A stretch of DNA of 64,000 nucleotides from Candidatus Parcubacteria bacterium (lineage in GTDB: Bacteria > Patescibacteriota > Minisyncoccia > Phycocordibacterales > JAACPR01), in the NCBI GenBank assembly GCA_009995365.1, contig JAACPR010000003.1:405-64404 (forward strand), given 5' to 3'. The first letter of the stretch is position 1, and the number at the start of each line of letters is the position of its first letter. The notes under the pieces are model-generated. The model had not been told where the DNA came from, did not search any database, and was given only the letters and a program-made list of their open reading frames with translations. Both the position numbers and the translations under genes were made by a program. This document shows positions 27,726-37,238 of this stretch, one piece after another.

Positions 27726-28517
27726 GTGATAAAACTAAAAACAAAAGAAGAAATAGAAAATTTAAAAAGAGGAGGTCAAAAATTAGCTACTATTGTTGAT
27801 GAAGTCGCGCAAAACATCAAACCGGGTATTTCTACTCTGGAATTAGATGATATTGCTGGAAAACTTTTTGAATTACACGGCGTTAGATCTTCTTTCAAGG
27901 GTTATACTCCTGTTGGTGCCGATAGGCCTTATCCGGCAAATATTTGTATTTCAATGAATAATGAAATAGTTCACGGGATACCAAATGAAGAACCTAAAAT
28001 GTTAAAGGCTGGCGATCTAATTACTATTGATGCTGGGTTAATTTATGAAGGTCTTTATACTGATCATGCTAGAACTTTTATTGTCAAATCAAATGACGGT
28101 CAGGAAATAGAAATACCAAAAGAAGTCAAAAAATTGTTAGCTAAAACTGAAGAGGCGATGTATGCCGGAATTAAACAAGCAAAAGTTGGAAATAGAATAG
28201 GAGATATCGGAGCTGTGATTTCTGAAATTGCAAAAGACGCAGGACTTTTCGTAATAAAAGATCTAACTGGGCACGGTGTTGGTTATGGTGTTCACGAGGA
28301 TCCTTTTGTCCCTAATTGGGGTAATAAAGGTGAAGGAGAGTTAATAGAAGAAGGACTAGTTATTGCAATTGAACCAATGTTTTCTTTGGGGACCTCTTAT
28401 ATAAAAACTGCTAACGACGGGTATACTTATTTAACGGATGATGATTCGCTGTCTGCACAATTTGAACATACAATTGCTGTCACCGCAGACGGGCCTATAA
28501 TATTGACTAAAAAATAG
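27726..28517 (+). CDS. map: Type I methionine aminopeptidase (GTG start)
   Basis: Pita-bread fold metal ligands D...D...H...E...E. GHGVGYGVHEDP. Confidence 0.9.
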   Translation: MIKLKTKEEIENLKRGGQKLATIVDEVAQNIKPGISTLELDDIAGKLFELHGVRSSFKGYTPVGADRPYPANICISMNNEIVHGIPNEEPKMLKAGDLITIDAGLIYEGLYTDHARTFIVKSNDGQEIEIPKEVKKLLAKTEEAMYAGIKQAKVGNRIGDIGAVISEIAKDAGLFVIKDLTGHGVGYGVHEDPFVPNWGNKGEGELIEEGLVIAIEPMFSLGTSYIKTANDGYTYLTDDDSLSAQFEHTIAVTADGPIILTKK

Positions 28518-28554
28518 TTTTTCTAAAACATATTAAAACTGTTATAATTGCTAC

Positions 28555-28956
28555 ATGGAAAAAACACCCCAAGAAAATTTTGAATACAATAATCAAAATT
28601 CTGAAAAACAGGATGAAGAAAATTTTGTTCGTGTAACGCCAGAAAATTCTGATATTCCTATCGATAAAGAAGGTTTGTCTCAAAAAGTTTCAGAAGAGGA
28701 GATAGACGTTTCTCCGGAGGCTTTGTATAAGTTAAAAATAGAATTTATCAAGCAGACTCTTTCTGAAAAAATAGTTAGTGTAAATGTGGTTAGGGAAATA
28801 CAGAATTTTGCTATTGGTTTAAAAGAAAAATATGGACCAAGTGTTTACGATAAGGGTCTATATCATGTCTTGATTGGTGGGTCGCTGGAAGGAGACGAAG
28901 ACTTTGAAGATTTCGAAGGAGGAGATTCTATCGTTAAATTTGTTAAAGAACTTTAA
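28555..28956 (+). CDS. Hypothetical acidic protein
   Basis: An ORF with a ribosome-binding site immediately upstream of the TraG-like ATPase gene. Confidence 0.35.
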   Translation: MEKTPQENFEYNNQNSEKQDEENFVRVTPENSDIPIDKEGLSQKVSEEEIDVSPEALYKLKIEFIKQTLSEKIVSVNVVREIQNFAIGLKEKYGPSVYDKGLYHVLIGGSLEGDEDFEDFEGGDSIVKFVKEL

Positions 28957-28967
28957 ATAAAATAAAA

Positions 28968-31766
28968 ATGGAAAAAATTGGACTTAATAATCAAATAGAG
29001 AAAAAATTTCAAGACCCTCAAGAGGAGATTGAGTATCTGCGTAAACAAATTCAAGAGAGAGAGCGACAGATTGAAAGCGCAGGTAGTCAGCCTGATAGAG
29101 AAAAAGTAATCGAACATGCTATTTCTGATTATAAACAAAATAAACCAGAAGAGGTTTTAGAAAAAGGTCACATTGTTCCAGAGAAAAATCGTGAAGAAAT
29201 TGTTTTACAACTTCAGCCAGAAGAGCATGATGATAAAATTTCAGAGTTATATGGAATGTTGGAGGAAAAGGGGGTTCTTAACACTATTGATATAGTTGAA
29301 AAGATGAACGATCCACACATTAGTGATGATTTTCATCGTTTCTTGGTTCAATATATTCGTGAAGGCTATACTGTCAAAGGTTTGAAAGATAAATCTCCAC
29401 TAGCAAAATCACTGAAGAGAATTTTATTTGAAATTACTTTGCCTGATCGTGGGGGCGAAGATCGTGAACAAAATCTGCAGCAGTTAATTTCTATGATGGA
29501 GCAATTTTATTATGGAATGCTTCATATTAGTGAAGAAGATAAGGACGATTATTTAACGCTGGAAATTGCTAATTCTGTGGGAAGTCGTCAATTTGTTTTT
29601 TACATTTCAGTTTCACTAAAAAGACGAGGTTTATTTGAAAAGCAATTTTTGTCATTTTTTCCGAACGCTAGAATTCTAGAGCAAAAAGATGATTTCAATG
29701 TCTTTAATCCAAAAGGTGTATCGGTCGGTTCTTATGCTATTTTGGAAAAAACACCTGCCAAGCCACTTAGAAGTTATGATGAATTTCAAAATGATCCATT
29801 GAAAGTTTTGTTAAATGTCTTTTCAAAATTAGATACAACAAAAGAAGGGGCTGGAATTCAGTTGGTATTTAAACCATCTGGAAGTTTTTATCAAAAAAAT
29901 TATTCAAAAGTCTTGTCTAGATTAGAGAAAGGGGAAAAACCCGGAGACGAGCTTTATATGAGGAATACAACTGCGGACAAGTTCATGAACACAGTCTCTG
30001 GGCTTTTTAGTGGCGGTTTTAGTTCAAAAAAAGATGATAAGGAAAAAGAGGAAGCACCTAAAATTGATTCTTCTCTGGTTGAATTAATTAAAAAGAAAAT
30101 AGATAAACCTATTATTTCAACAAATATTAGGATAGTTTCTTCTGGGGAGACACTAGAGAGAGCAAAATCTATTTTGTCTGATATTGAGTCGGCGTTTAAC
30201 CAATTCGACGACCCTACCTCAAATCAAATCAATTTTGCAAATCTAAAGGATCGCCATATGAAAAAACTTTTCAAGGATTTTACCTTTAGAAGTTATACTC
30301 CTTCAATCGAATTGCCTCTAAATTTGGCTGAGGTGGCAACTATTATGCACTTCCCACAGGAAAAGACTTCTATTTCATCACAATTGAAATCTAATAATTT
30401 TGCTACCGCTGCTGCACCTGTTAACTTGGCAGAAGAGGGTATTTTGTTAGGTATTAATGAACACCAAGGTACTGAAACAGATGTTTATTTATCAAAGGAA
30501 GATCGTCTCCGCCACTTGTATACGATTGGGCAAACTGGAACCGGTAAGACTAACTTTTTGAAAAGTTTAATTATTCAAGATATTCAAAACGGAGAAGGGG
30601 TTTGTATGATTGATCCGCACGGGAATGATATTCAGGATGTGTTAGCTAACATTCCGCCAGAGCGATACGATGATGTTATCTATTTTGATCCAGCTAATAC
30701 TGAAAACCCGATGGCTTTGAATATGTTGGAATATGACAAGAATTTTCCTGAGCAGAAAATTTTCGTTGTTAATGAATTGTTCGGTATTTTTATGAAATTG
30801 TATGGTTCAAATCCTGAGTCAATGGGGCCAATGTTCGAGCAATATTTTAGGAATGCCGCTGGCTTGGTAGTAGAAGATCCTGAATCAGGAAATACTTTGC
30901 TAGATATTTCCCGTGTCTTGGCTGACGAAAAATATCGTAAATTAAAATTATCTCGTTGTAATAACCCTATCATTAAACAATTTTGGGAAGAGGTTGCTGG
31001 TAAAGCAGGCGGGGAAGCATCACTTGCAAATATTGTTCCTTATATTACTTCTAAATTTGATGTTTTCTTGGCTAATGACATTATGCGTCCGATTGTTGCT
31101 CAGGAGAAGTCGTCATTTAATTTCCGTGATGTGATGGATAACAAAAAAATATTGCTGGTTAACCTTTCAAAGGGACGTCTTGGTGATATCAACTCTAATC
31201 TGATCGGTCTTATTATTGTAGGAAAGATCTTGATGGCGGCACTTTCTCGTGCTGATTCATACGGAAAAGATTTTCCGCCGTTCTATTTATATATTGATGA
31301 ATTCCAAAACATTACAACTGATTCAATTTCTACAATCTTGTCAGAGGCTAGAAAATATAAACTTTCTTTAAATGTCGCTCATCAGTTTATCGCACAATTA
31401 GATGAAAAGATTAGCGATGCGGTTTTTGGTAACGTTGGGTCCATGACTGTATTTCGTGTCGGTTCTGAAGATGCTCAATTTTTTGAAAAGCAATACGAGC
31501 CTACTTTTGGTGCTAGCGATATAATGAACATTGATAATTTTAATTGTTATGCAAAGATTTTGGCTAATGGTGTTCCAGTTAAGCCATTTAGTTTTAAAGC
31601 CTTAAAATCACCAGATGGAAATCCTGAAATAGTTGAACAACTTAAGCAGTTATCTTATCAGAAATATGGAAAACCTCGTTCTGAAATCGAAGCTGAAATA
31701 GCAAAAAAATATAAAAAAGAAGAACCAAAAGAGAACGAAGAGAACCCTTTTAAAAGTTTAAGATAA
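28968..31766 (+). CDS. TraG/VirD4 (type IV coupling protein)-like P-loop ATPase with a roughly 450-aa N-terminal domain of unknown function
   Basis: Walker A TIGQTGTGKTNFL, Walker B LYIDEFQN, and a TraG-D_C-like block EARKYKLSLNVAHQFIAQL. Confidence 0.55.
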   Translation: MEKIGLNNQIEKKFQDPQEEIEYLRKQIQERERQIESAGSQPDREKVIEHAISDYKQNKPEEVLEKGHIVPEKNREEIVLQLQPEEHDDKISELYGMLEEKGVLNTIDIVEKMNDPHISDDFHRFLVQYIREGYTVKGLKDKSPLAKSLKRILFEITLPDRGGEDREQNLQQLISMMEQFYYGMLHISEEDKDDYLTLEIANSVGSRQFVFYISVSLKRRGLFEKQFLSFFPNARILEQKDDFNVFNPKGVSVGSYAILEKTPAKPLRSYDEFQNDPLKVLLNVFSKLDTTKEGAGIQLVFKPSGSFYQKNYSKVLSRLEKGEKPGDELYMRNTTADKFMNTVSGLFSGGFSSKKDDKEKEEAPKIDSSLVELIKKKIDKPIISTNIRIVSSGETLERAKSILSDIESAFNQFDDPTSNQINFANLKDRHMKKLFKDFTFRSYTPSIELPLNLAEVATIMHFPQEKTSISSQLKSNNFATAAAPVNLAEEGILLGINEHQGTETDVYLSKEDRLRHLYTIGQTGTGKTNFLKSLIIQDIQNGEGVCMIDPHGNDIQDVLANIPPERYDDVIYFDPANTENPMALNMLEYDKNFPEQKIFVVNELFGIFMKLYGSNPESMGPMFEQYFRNAAGLVVEDPESGNTLLDISRVLADEKYRKLKLSRCNNPIIKQFWEEVAGKAGGEASLANIVPYITSKFDVFLANDIMRPIVAQEKSSFNFRDVMDNKKILLVNLSKGRLGDINSNLIGLIIVGKILMAALSRADSYGKDFPPFYLYIDEFQNITTDSISTILSEARKYKLSLNVAHQFIAQLDEKISDAVFGNVGSMTVFRVGSEDAQFFEKQYEPTFGASDIMNIDNFNCYAKILANGVPVKPFSFKALKSPDGNPEIVEQLKQLSYQKYGKPRSEIEAEIAKKYKKEEPKENEENPFKSLR

Positions 31767-31778
31767 TAAAAATAATAA

Positions 31779-32375
31779 ATGAAAAAAGAACAAACACTGG
31801 TTGTAATAAAACCTGACGGAATACAAAGAACTTTAATAGGAGAAATAATTAAAAGATTCGAAAGAACTGGTTTGAAATTAGTAGGCATTAAAATGCTTAT
31901 TCCAGACAGTGATCACATTAAAAAACATTACACTATTGATCCTGATTGGATTGAAAAGGTGGGGCAAAAGTCAATCGACTCTCTTGCTGAGAAAGGTGAA
32001 GAATTAAAAACAGATGACCCAATTGAGGCGGGCAATAAAATATTAGATGTTTTGGTTAAATATATGTCATCTGGTCCGGTTGTTGCTATGGTGTGGCAAG
32101 GGGTAAATTCTGTTGGCGTCGTTAGAAAAATTGTCGGATCAACTGAACCGCTTTCTTCTGATATTGGAACAATACGCGGAGACTTTGTTTTAGATTCTTA
32201 TAAAATTGCTGATACTGACGGTAGGGCTGTTCGTAATTTGATTCATGCCTCAGGTTCGGTAGATGAAGCCGAAAAAGAAATTGCACTTTGGTTTAATCAA
32301 AATGAGATAGTAAATTACAGGCTAATTCAGGAGCAAATCATCTACGATGTTAATTTAGATGGCATTTTAGAGTAG
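31779..32375 (+). CDS. ndk: Nucleoside diphosphate kinase with a C-terminal extension
   Basis: VVIKPDGIQRTLIGEIIKRFERTGLKLVGIK and the active-site NLIHASGSVDEAEKEIALWF. Confidence 0.85.
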   Translation: MKKEQTLVVIKPDGIQRTLIGEIIKRFERTGLKLVGIKMLIPDSDHIKKHYTIDPDWIEKVGQKSIDSLAEKGEELKTDDPIEAGNKILDVLVKYMSSGPVVAMVWQGVNSVGVVRKIVGSTEPLSSDIGTIRGDFVLDSYKIADTDGRAVRNLIHASGSVDEAEKEIALWFNQNEIVNYRLIQEQIIYDVNLDGILE

Positions 32376-32411
32376 CTATATTTCGATAATAAAATATGTT
32401 AATATGTAATA

Positions 32412-32565
32412 GGGTCATAGAATGAATACTAGATTAAGTGGATCCTAAGGGAGTTCAAATCGTTTTCGAACTGTGGTTTGAGAACTGCGAGCACCCACTT
32501 GCTAATAGCTAGGATCTCATTCATGGCCCCAGTTAAAACACCGAGCATTCGCTCGGTGTTTTTGC
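32412..32565 (+). ncRNA. Candidate small structured RNA (about 150 nt) with its own -10 element and intrinsic terminator. It could be a cis-regulatory leader or riboswitch of the downstream membrane protein.
   Basis: A rod-like fold. 5' gggtcat..atgaat pairs with 3' attcatggccc, and gatcctaag pairs with ctaggatc. The apical segment is agttcaaatcgttttcgaact. Terminator caccgagcattcgctcggtg followed by T4 at 32538-32563. Confidence 0.4.
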
Positions 32566-32583
32566 TATAATTATTTAATAAAT

Positions 32584-32985
32584 ATGTTTTACAAAAAGCC
32601 TTTTTTCAAAGAATCTCTCTATCTCTCTATTTTGATTGCTATTCTTCATTATATATCGCTCGAATTGTATCTTTACTGGACAATTAGTTGGTTTGATATT
32701 CTGATGCATTTCTTGGGAGGTTTTCTGATTGCAATTTTTGTCATCCTCGTTCTTTATTCTTATAGTGATTTTGAAAGCTTGAAAAAGCACAAGATATTTT
32801 TGTTTAGTCTGATTGTGGGTATGACATTGGTGGTCGGCCTAGGTTGGGAATTGTGGGAAATTTTTGTTGGCTTTACTGATGCTATTAATGATCTAGGTGA
32901 TACAATATTAGATATAGTTATGGATGTTATCGGAGCATTTTCAGCAATTTATTATTCTAAAAATAAATTATGGGAGAAAAAATAA
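32584..32985 (+). CDS. Hypothetical 4-TM membrane protein
   Basis: Hydrophobic profile. It lies downstream of the structured RNA and its stop overlaps the next gene. Confidence 0.4.
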   Translation: MFYKKPFFKESLYLSILIAILHYISLELYLYWTISWFDILMHFLGGFLIAIFVILVLYSYSDFESLKKHKIFLFSLIVGMTLVVGLGWELWEIFVGFTDAINDLGDTILDIVMDVIGAFSAIYYSKNKLWEKK

Positions 32986-34370
32986 AATCAAAAAGCGGGG
33001 AAGTTAAATTACATTTCTACGGCGGTGCAGAGTCGGTTACTGGTTCTAATTTTGTCATCGAATATGATGATAAAAAAATAATGGTAGACTGCGGACTTAC
33101 CCAAGGCGCTTATTACAAGAATCCAAAAGATGATCCAAATAGACAACCTTTTGATTATGATCCTGCCGGTATAGATTATTTGTTGGTGACTCATGCACAC
33201 GCAGACCATATTGGACGCATCCCTAAATTGGTAAAAGATGGATTTAGAGGGAAAATTTATTCAACTCCATCGACGCGCGATTTAACAGAAATCATGTTTG
33301 ATGACGCCTTGTCGGTGGTTTCAAATTACGCTAGGGAGCACAATGTAGAGCCAACTTATCAGAAAGAGGATGTCGAGCTGGCAATGTCTCTATGGCAAAC
33401 TATTCCATACCATCAGGATTTTGAATTAACTGATAGATTTAGTATTTATTTCAAGGATGCTGGTCATATCTTGGGTTCAGCAATGATTTACTTGAAAGAC
33501 AAAAAAACTGACAAAAATATTGTCTTTACCGGAGATCTTGGAAACACTCCGACTCCTTTGATTCGTGATACTGAAAAAGTTGATGATGCTAACTTTTTAA
33601 TAATGGAAAGTGTCTACGGCGATAGAAATCACGAGGGTAGAGCAGAAAGGAAAGAAAAACTCAAACAAACATTAAATAGGATAATCGATAGAAAGGGGAC
33701 TTTGTTAATTCCGGTTTTCTCGCTAGAGAAGACTCAAGTTCTATTGCATGAAATGAATGATTTGATTGAAGGTGGCGAAGTTCCGTCTGTTCCAGTTTTC
33801 TTCGATTCTCCACTTGGGATTCGTTTGACCGAAGTCTATGCAAAACAGTTTCAAAATTTTAATGAAAAAGTTCAAGAGCGCATAAAAAGAGGTGATGATA
33901 TTTTTGACTTTCCTAAACTTAAAAAAACTTACGATAGAAAAGAATCGCAATCTATTCACAGAACCAAGGGGCCAAAGATAATCGTTGCTAGTTCTGGAAT
34001 GAGTATCGGCGGTAGGATTATGGATCATGAAAAGCGTTATCTAGAGGATCCTAAAAATGCAATTTTGTTCATTGGCTATCAGGTTCCTGGGACACTTGGG
34101 CGTGCGATTAAAGAGGGAAATAAGAGTGTAAAAATTGATAATAAAAAAGTAGCAATCAAGGCTGAGATTGGGGTTGTAAATGGTTATTCTTCACATAAAG
34201 ATTCTGATAATTTGTTGCAATTTGCATTGGACAATGAAGGAATTGTCGAAAAAGTTTTTGTGGTATTAGGGGAATCAAAGTCAGCCATGTATTTAACACA
34301 GAAAATTAGAGATAACTCTACAATTAACGCAGTTCACCCAAGTGATGGGGAAACAGTGGTTTTGTATTAA
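32970..34370 (+). CDS. Beta-CASP family MBL-fold ribonuclease (RNase J/CPSF-like)
   Basis: VTHAHADHIG, ...DAGHILGS and a C-terminal GYSSHKD (beta-CASP motif C). Confidence 0.75.
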   Translation: MGEKIKSKSGEVKLHFYGGAESVTGSNFVIEYDDKKIMVDCGLTQGAYYKNPKDDPNRQPFDYDPAGIDYLLVTHAHADHIGRIPKLVKDGFRGKIYSTPSTRDLTEIMFDDALSVVSNYAREHNVEPTYQKEDVELAMSLWQTIPYHQDFELTDRFSIYFKDAGHILGSAMIYLKDKKTDKNIVFTGDLGNTPTPLIRDTEKVDDANFLIMESVYGDRNHEGRAERKEKLKQTLNRIIDRKGTLLIPVFSLEKTQVLLHEMNDLIEGGEVPSVPVFFDSPLGIRLTEVYAKQFQNFNEKVQERIKRGDDIFDFPKLKKTYDRKESQSIHRTKGPKIIVASSGMSIGGRIMDHEKRYLEDPKNAILFIGYQVPGTLGRAIKEGNKSVKIDNKKVAIKAEIGVVNGYSSHKDSDNLLQFALDNEGIVEKVFVVLGESKSAMYLTQKIRDNSTINAVHPSDGETVVLY

Positions 34371-34435
34371 ACTAATATGCTAAAATATTAGTATTAATAA
34401 AAGTTGTTAAAATTATAAAATAAATCTTATTTACC

Positions 34436-34933
34436 ATGAAAACATTAATCCAAACATCAAAAGTTTTAATATTATCGTTAGCTGTATTAACTACAGCATC
34501 ATATGCACAATCTGCATGGAATAATCCAGAACAATCTCCAACAGGAGGAAACACACCAACACCTATTAATGTATCAAGCTCTGATCAAGATAAAGATGGT
34601 GGATTCTCTGCAGCTGCATTAGTTGCTGATAATATTACCGCAGCTTTCAAGGTGTCATCACCAGAGTATTGTTTGAGTGGTGATTGTATTAAAGAGTGGC
34701 CTAGGGGAGGAGATGGTTCAGGTGGGGATGATGGCGTTACTCCAACTGTAGATTATAATTCTTGTGTGACTCAAGAAGGAGGTCACCCTTTACCATCAGA
34801 AGTGATGTGTCCGGATAATCATATTTTAAATGGTATAGAATTGCGTCAACAGTGTATTCGTGTTAACAGAGGAATATGCCAACAATATTCACCTGTTCCT
34901 ACTGTTGTTGGTACTTGCTGCCCTTTTAATTAA
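34436..34933 (+). CDS. Secreted Cys-containing hypothetical protein
   Basis: Signal peptide MKTLIQTSKVLILSLAVLTTASYAQS. Confidence 0.45.
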   Translation: MKTLIQTSKVLILSLAVLTTASYAQSAWNNPEQSPTGGNTPTPINVSSSDQDKDGGFSAAALVADNITAAFKVSSPEYCLSGDCIKEWPRGGDGSGGDDGVTPTVDYNSCVTQEGGHPLPSEVMCPDNHILNGIELRQQCIRVNRGICQQYSPVPTVVGTCCPFN

Positions 34934-34969
34934 TATTCTTTATTAAATTCTAAAGCGCTACATTAAAAC

Positions 34970-35000
34970 AAAAACGACCAAAAATTTTGGTCGTTTTTTT
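34970..35000. terminator. Bidirectional rho-independent terminator between convergent genes
   Basis: aaacgaccaaaaattttggtcgttttttt is a perfect palindrome flanked by A- and T-runs. Confidence 0.55.
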
Positions 35001-35017
35001 AGTTCAAATTAAATAGT

Positions 35018-35362
35018 TTACTTAACCTCTTCTACAATCTTATCAAACACCGCTGGTTCATTTTCTGCTATTTCAGCTAAAATTTTTCTATCAATTTCTA
35101 CATTGTTTTTCTTTAGAGAGCCGATGAATTTTGAGTAAGATAATCCTTTTTCATTCAAGGTAGCATTAATTTTTGTAGTCCAAAGACGACGGAAAGTTCT
35201 TTTTTTTGTGCGACGGTCACGAAAAGCATTACGTCCTGCGTGTGCGATTGCCTCGTTAGCTAGTTTTTCTTTGTTTTTACGACCAAAACGAAAACCTTTT
35301 ACTCTTGATAGAATATTTCTTCTTCTTTTTATTGCATTTGTTGCTCCTTTTACTCTAGGCAT
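35018..35362 (-). CDS. rplT: 50S ribosomal protein L20
   Basis: MPRVKGATNAIKRRRNILSRVKGFRFGRKNKEKLANEAIAHAGRNAFRDRR. Confidence 0.9.
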   Translation of the reverse strand: MPRVKGATNAIKRRRNILSRVKGFRFGRKNKEKLANEAIAHAGRNAFRDRRTKKRTFRRLWTTKINATLNEKGLSYSKFIGSLKKNNVEIDRKILAEIAENEPAVFDKIVEEVK

Positions 35363-35372
35363 AGTATTAAAA

Positions 35373-35564
35373 TTATTTAGTTATGTTAGCTAAAAAGCGT
35401 CTTTTTTGGCGATTAGTCATTTGAAAATCACGACCAGATTTTTTATCTAGTCTTTCGACTCCTGATTGTTTAGCGTTAAAGTGGCTTTGTCCAGCTTTTC
35501 TGGCTACAACTTTACCATTTCTAGTAACTTTCAATCTTTTTTTGTATGATTTGTTAGTTTTCAT
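35373..35564 (-). CDS. rpmI: 50S ribosomal protein L35
   Basis: MKTNKSYKKRLKVTRNGKVVARKAGQSH. Confidence 0.85.
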   Translation of the reverse strand: MKTNKSYKKRLKVTRNGKVVARKAGQSHFNAKQSGVERLDKKSGRDFQMTNRQKRRFLANITK

Positions 35565-36082
35565 TATTTACTATTCTCTATAATTAAGGCTAATCCTTTA
35601 GGGTTCTTTTTGATCGGGTCTGCCACTTTGAAATCAGTAGTTATAAGTTTTAATACACGGTTAAGTCTCTCTTCTAAGAAGCTTTTATCCATGTATTTAG
35701 TTCTCCCTGGTAGGAAAAGTTCTACTTTAACTCTGTGACCCTCAGAAAGCCATTTAGAAGCTTTTTTAGCTTTAACAGATAGGTCGTTCTCGTCCGTTCC
35801 AATTTTTACTTGGATAGATTTGACTTCAACGGTGTGTGCTTTCTGTTTAGCTTGCTTCTGTTTTTTCTTCTGATCATACAAGAATTTACCATAATCAGTT
35901 ATTTTTGCAATAGGGGGTCTAGCGTTTGGTGATATTTCTACCAAGTCCAATTGCATTTCCTCAGCTTTTTTCAAAGCCTCCCTAACCGGTATGACACCGA
36001 TATTCTCACCTGAGTCAGTGATTACTCGCAATTCTTTTGCACGAATTTGATTATTTATTCTAATTTGTTGTTGTCTTGCCAA
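35564..36082 (-). CDS. infC: Translation initiation factor IF-3 with a probable non-ATG start (TTG at 36082 or a nearby AUU/AUA). The track ORF extends to 36151.
   Basis: RINNQIRAKELRVITDSGENIGVIPVREALKKAEEMQLDLVEISPNARPPIAKITDYGKF. Confidence 0.85.
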   Translation of the reverse strand: MARQQQIRINNQIRAKELRVITDSGENIGVIPVREALKKAEEMQLDLVEISPNARPPIAKITDYGKFLYDQKKKQKQAKQKAHTVEVKSIQVKIGTDENDLSVKAKKASKWLSEGHRVKVELFLPGRTKYMDKSFLEERLNRVLKLITTDFKVADPIKKNPKGLALIIENSK

Positions 36083-36246
36083 TTTTTGTATGTTTATTAA
36101 AAAATGTTGCCCTATAATCAAGATGGGCAACTTGGGGAAAATATACCACATCTTATATTAAATTACAATGATATAAGCCTGTTTCTAGGTAAATAATACT
36201 TTACTATGTTTATCGGTTAAGTTATGATATCTAAATCGAAAATAAT

Positions 36247-36441
36247 ATGGAATTAAAAAACAATCTTCAAAAAATTAGAAAAGAAAAAGGAGTAACTCAA
36301 GAAGAGTTGGCTAAGAAGGTCGGTGTAACTAGACAGACCATTATTTGCATCGAGCACGGAAATTGTTCACCGTCTATTTCTGTAGCGTTAAAAATCGGTA
36401 AAACGCTAGGTGTTTGCGTTGACGATATTTTTGAAATATAA
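36247..36441 (+). CDS. XRE-family helix-turn-helix transcriptional regulator
   Basis: LQKIRKEKGVTQEELAKKVGVTRQTIICIEHG. Confidence 0.75.
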   Translation: MELKNNLQKIRKEKGVTQEELAKKVGVTRQTIICIEHGNCSPSISVALKIGKTLGVCVDDIFEI

Positions 36442-36484
36442 CTAAATTCTTTAAAAGACAAAAAAAAAGGGGGGGGTAAATAAA

Positions 36485-36510
36485 AGACCCGTCAATATTT
36501 TGGCGGGTCT
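36485..36510. terminator. Hairpin terminator (AGACCCGtcaatattttggCGGGTCT) preceded by an A9G8 homopolymer pair
   Basis: 7-bp GC stem between convergent genes. Confidence 0.4.
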
Positions 36511-36526
36511 TTGTTGAAAAACTCTG

Positions 36527-36895
36527 TCAGGCCACTAATTGAGCATTTTCAGTTTCTTCGGTTGATTCTTCAGAATATTCGTATTCTATTTTAATACGTC
36601 CACCCCATACTAATTCGGGGTGTTTTTCTTTGAATTCGAAGAAAACCTTTGATACTCTTCCAGTTTTTAGATAGTATAGAAGTCTTTCACCAGGGTGATT
36701 GCTGGGATCATTATGAAAATGTTCTCCAGCATACCATTGATTTTCAGGACTTTTTATTTCATCTAAGACAGTTTTTAATGCACCATATAACAGAGAATTT
36801 CTGAATGTGCTATTTTGGGTAGTTTTTTCAGACATTGCAGGTTCCTCCATATATAATTCTACACCCGTTATGCACAGTTTTATATAGTTATCCAC
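36527..36895 (-). CDS. Hypothetical protein
   Basis: ORF. The true start is probably at MEEPAMSEKTT or MSEKTT. Confidence 0.35.
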   Translation of the reverse strand: MDNYIKLCITGVELYMEEPAMSEKTTQNSTFRNSLLYGALKTVLDEIKSPENQWYAGEHFHNDPSNHPGERLLYYLKTGRVSKVFFEFKEKHPELVWGGRIKIEYEYSEESTEETENAQLVA

Positions 36896-36940
36896 AGTTG
36901 TTGATGATTTATCAACAGTTTATTCATTCTAAATAAAAAA

Positions 36941-36965
36941 ACTCCACGAATTTGTGGAGTTTTTT
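36941..36965. terminator. Bidirectional hairpin terminator (ACTCCACgaatttGTGGAGT) with flanking A- and T-runs
   Basis: Perfect 7-bp stem with T5 downstream and A6 upstream. Confidence 0.45.
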
Positions 36966-36985
36966 AGAAAAACACTAAAGAGGCT

Positions 36986-37141
36986 TTATGCTTCTCCTTC
37001 TGTTTTAGTTTCTTCTGCAACTTCAGGAGCTGCTTCTTCTGCTGGAGCTTCAGTTGTAGAAGCTTCTTCATTTGAGGCTGTTTCTTCTACAGTAGTGTCG
37101 TCATTTGTTGCTACTGCGTCATTTTGTGTATTTTCATCCAT
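36986..37141 (-). CDS. Possible small acidic protein (51 aa, MDENTQNDAVATNDD...). This is an alternative to the low-complexity plus-strand ORF 36954..37154.
   Basis: The minus-strand ORF ends at the bidirectional terminator, whereas the plus-strand ORF starts inside the terminator hairpin. Confidence 0.2.
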   Translation of the reverse strand: MDENTQNDAVATNDDTTVEETASNEEASTTEAPAEEAAPEVAEETKTEGEA

Positions 37142-37238
37142 AATTTTAGATTAATCTAATAAGTCTCAAATATGAGAGACGATTGATATTATAGCACGCT
37201 TTACGATAAAAAGAGGCTAACTGTTGTATTATCAATAG

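Noticed and set aside
32412-32565. SRP RNA or fluoride/preQ1 riboswitch assignment for the structured RNA
   Set aside because: The conserved domain IV GGAA/AGCAGC motif of 4.5S RNA is absent. Neither fluoride (crcB) nor preQ1 consensus cores are recognisable, and the downstream protein does not look like CrcB. It is left as an unclassified candidate.
36463-36479. A9G8 homopolymer as a phase-variation switch
   Set aside because: It lies in a non-coding gap between convergent genes with no adjacent start codon, so it is more likely part of the terminator context.
36954-37154. Plus-strand 66-aa low-complexity ORF (Ser/Ala/Val-rich)
   Set aside because: It starts inside the bidirectional terminator hairpin and is compositionally biased. 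A minus-strand acidic 51-aa ORF is marginally more plausible, but both are weak.
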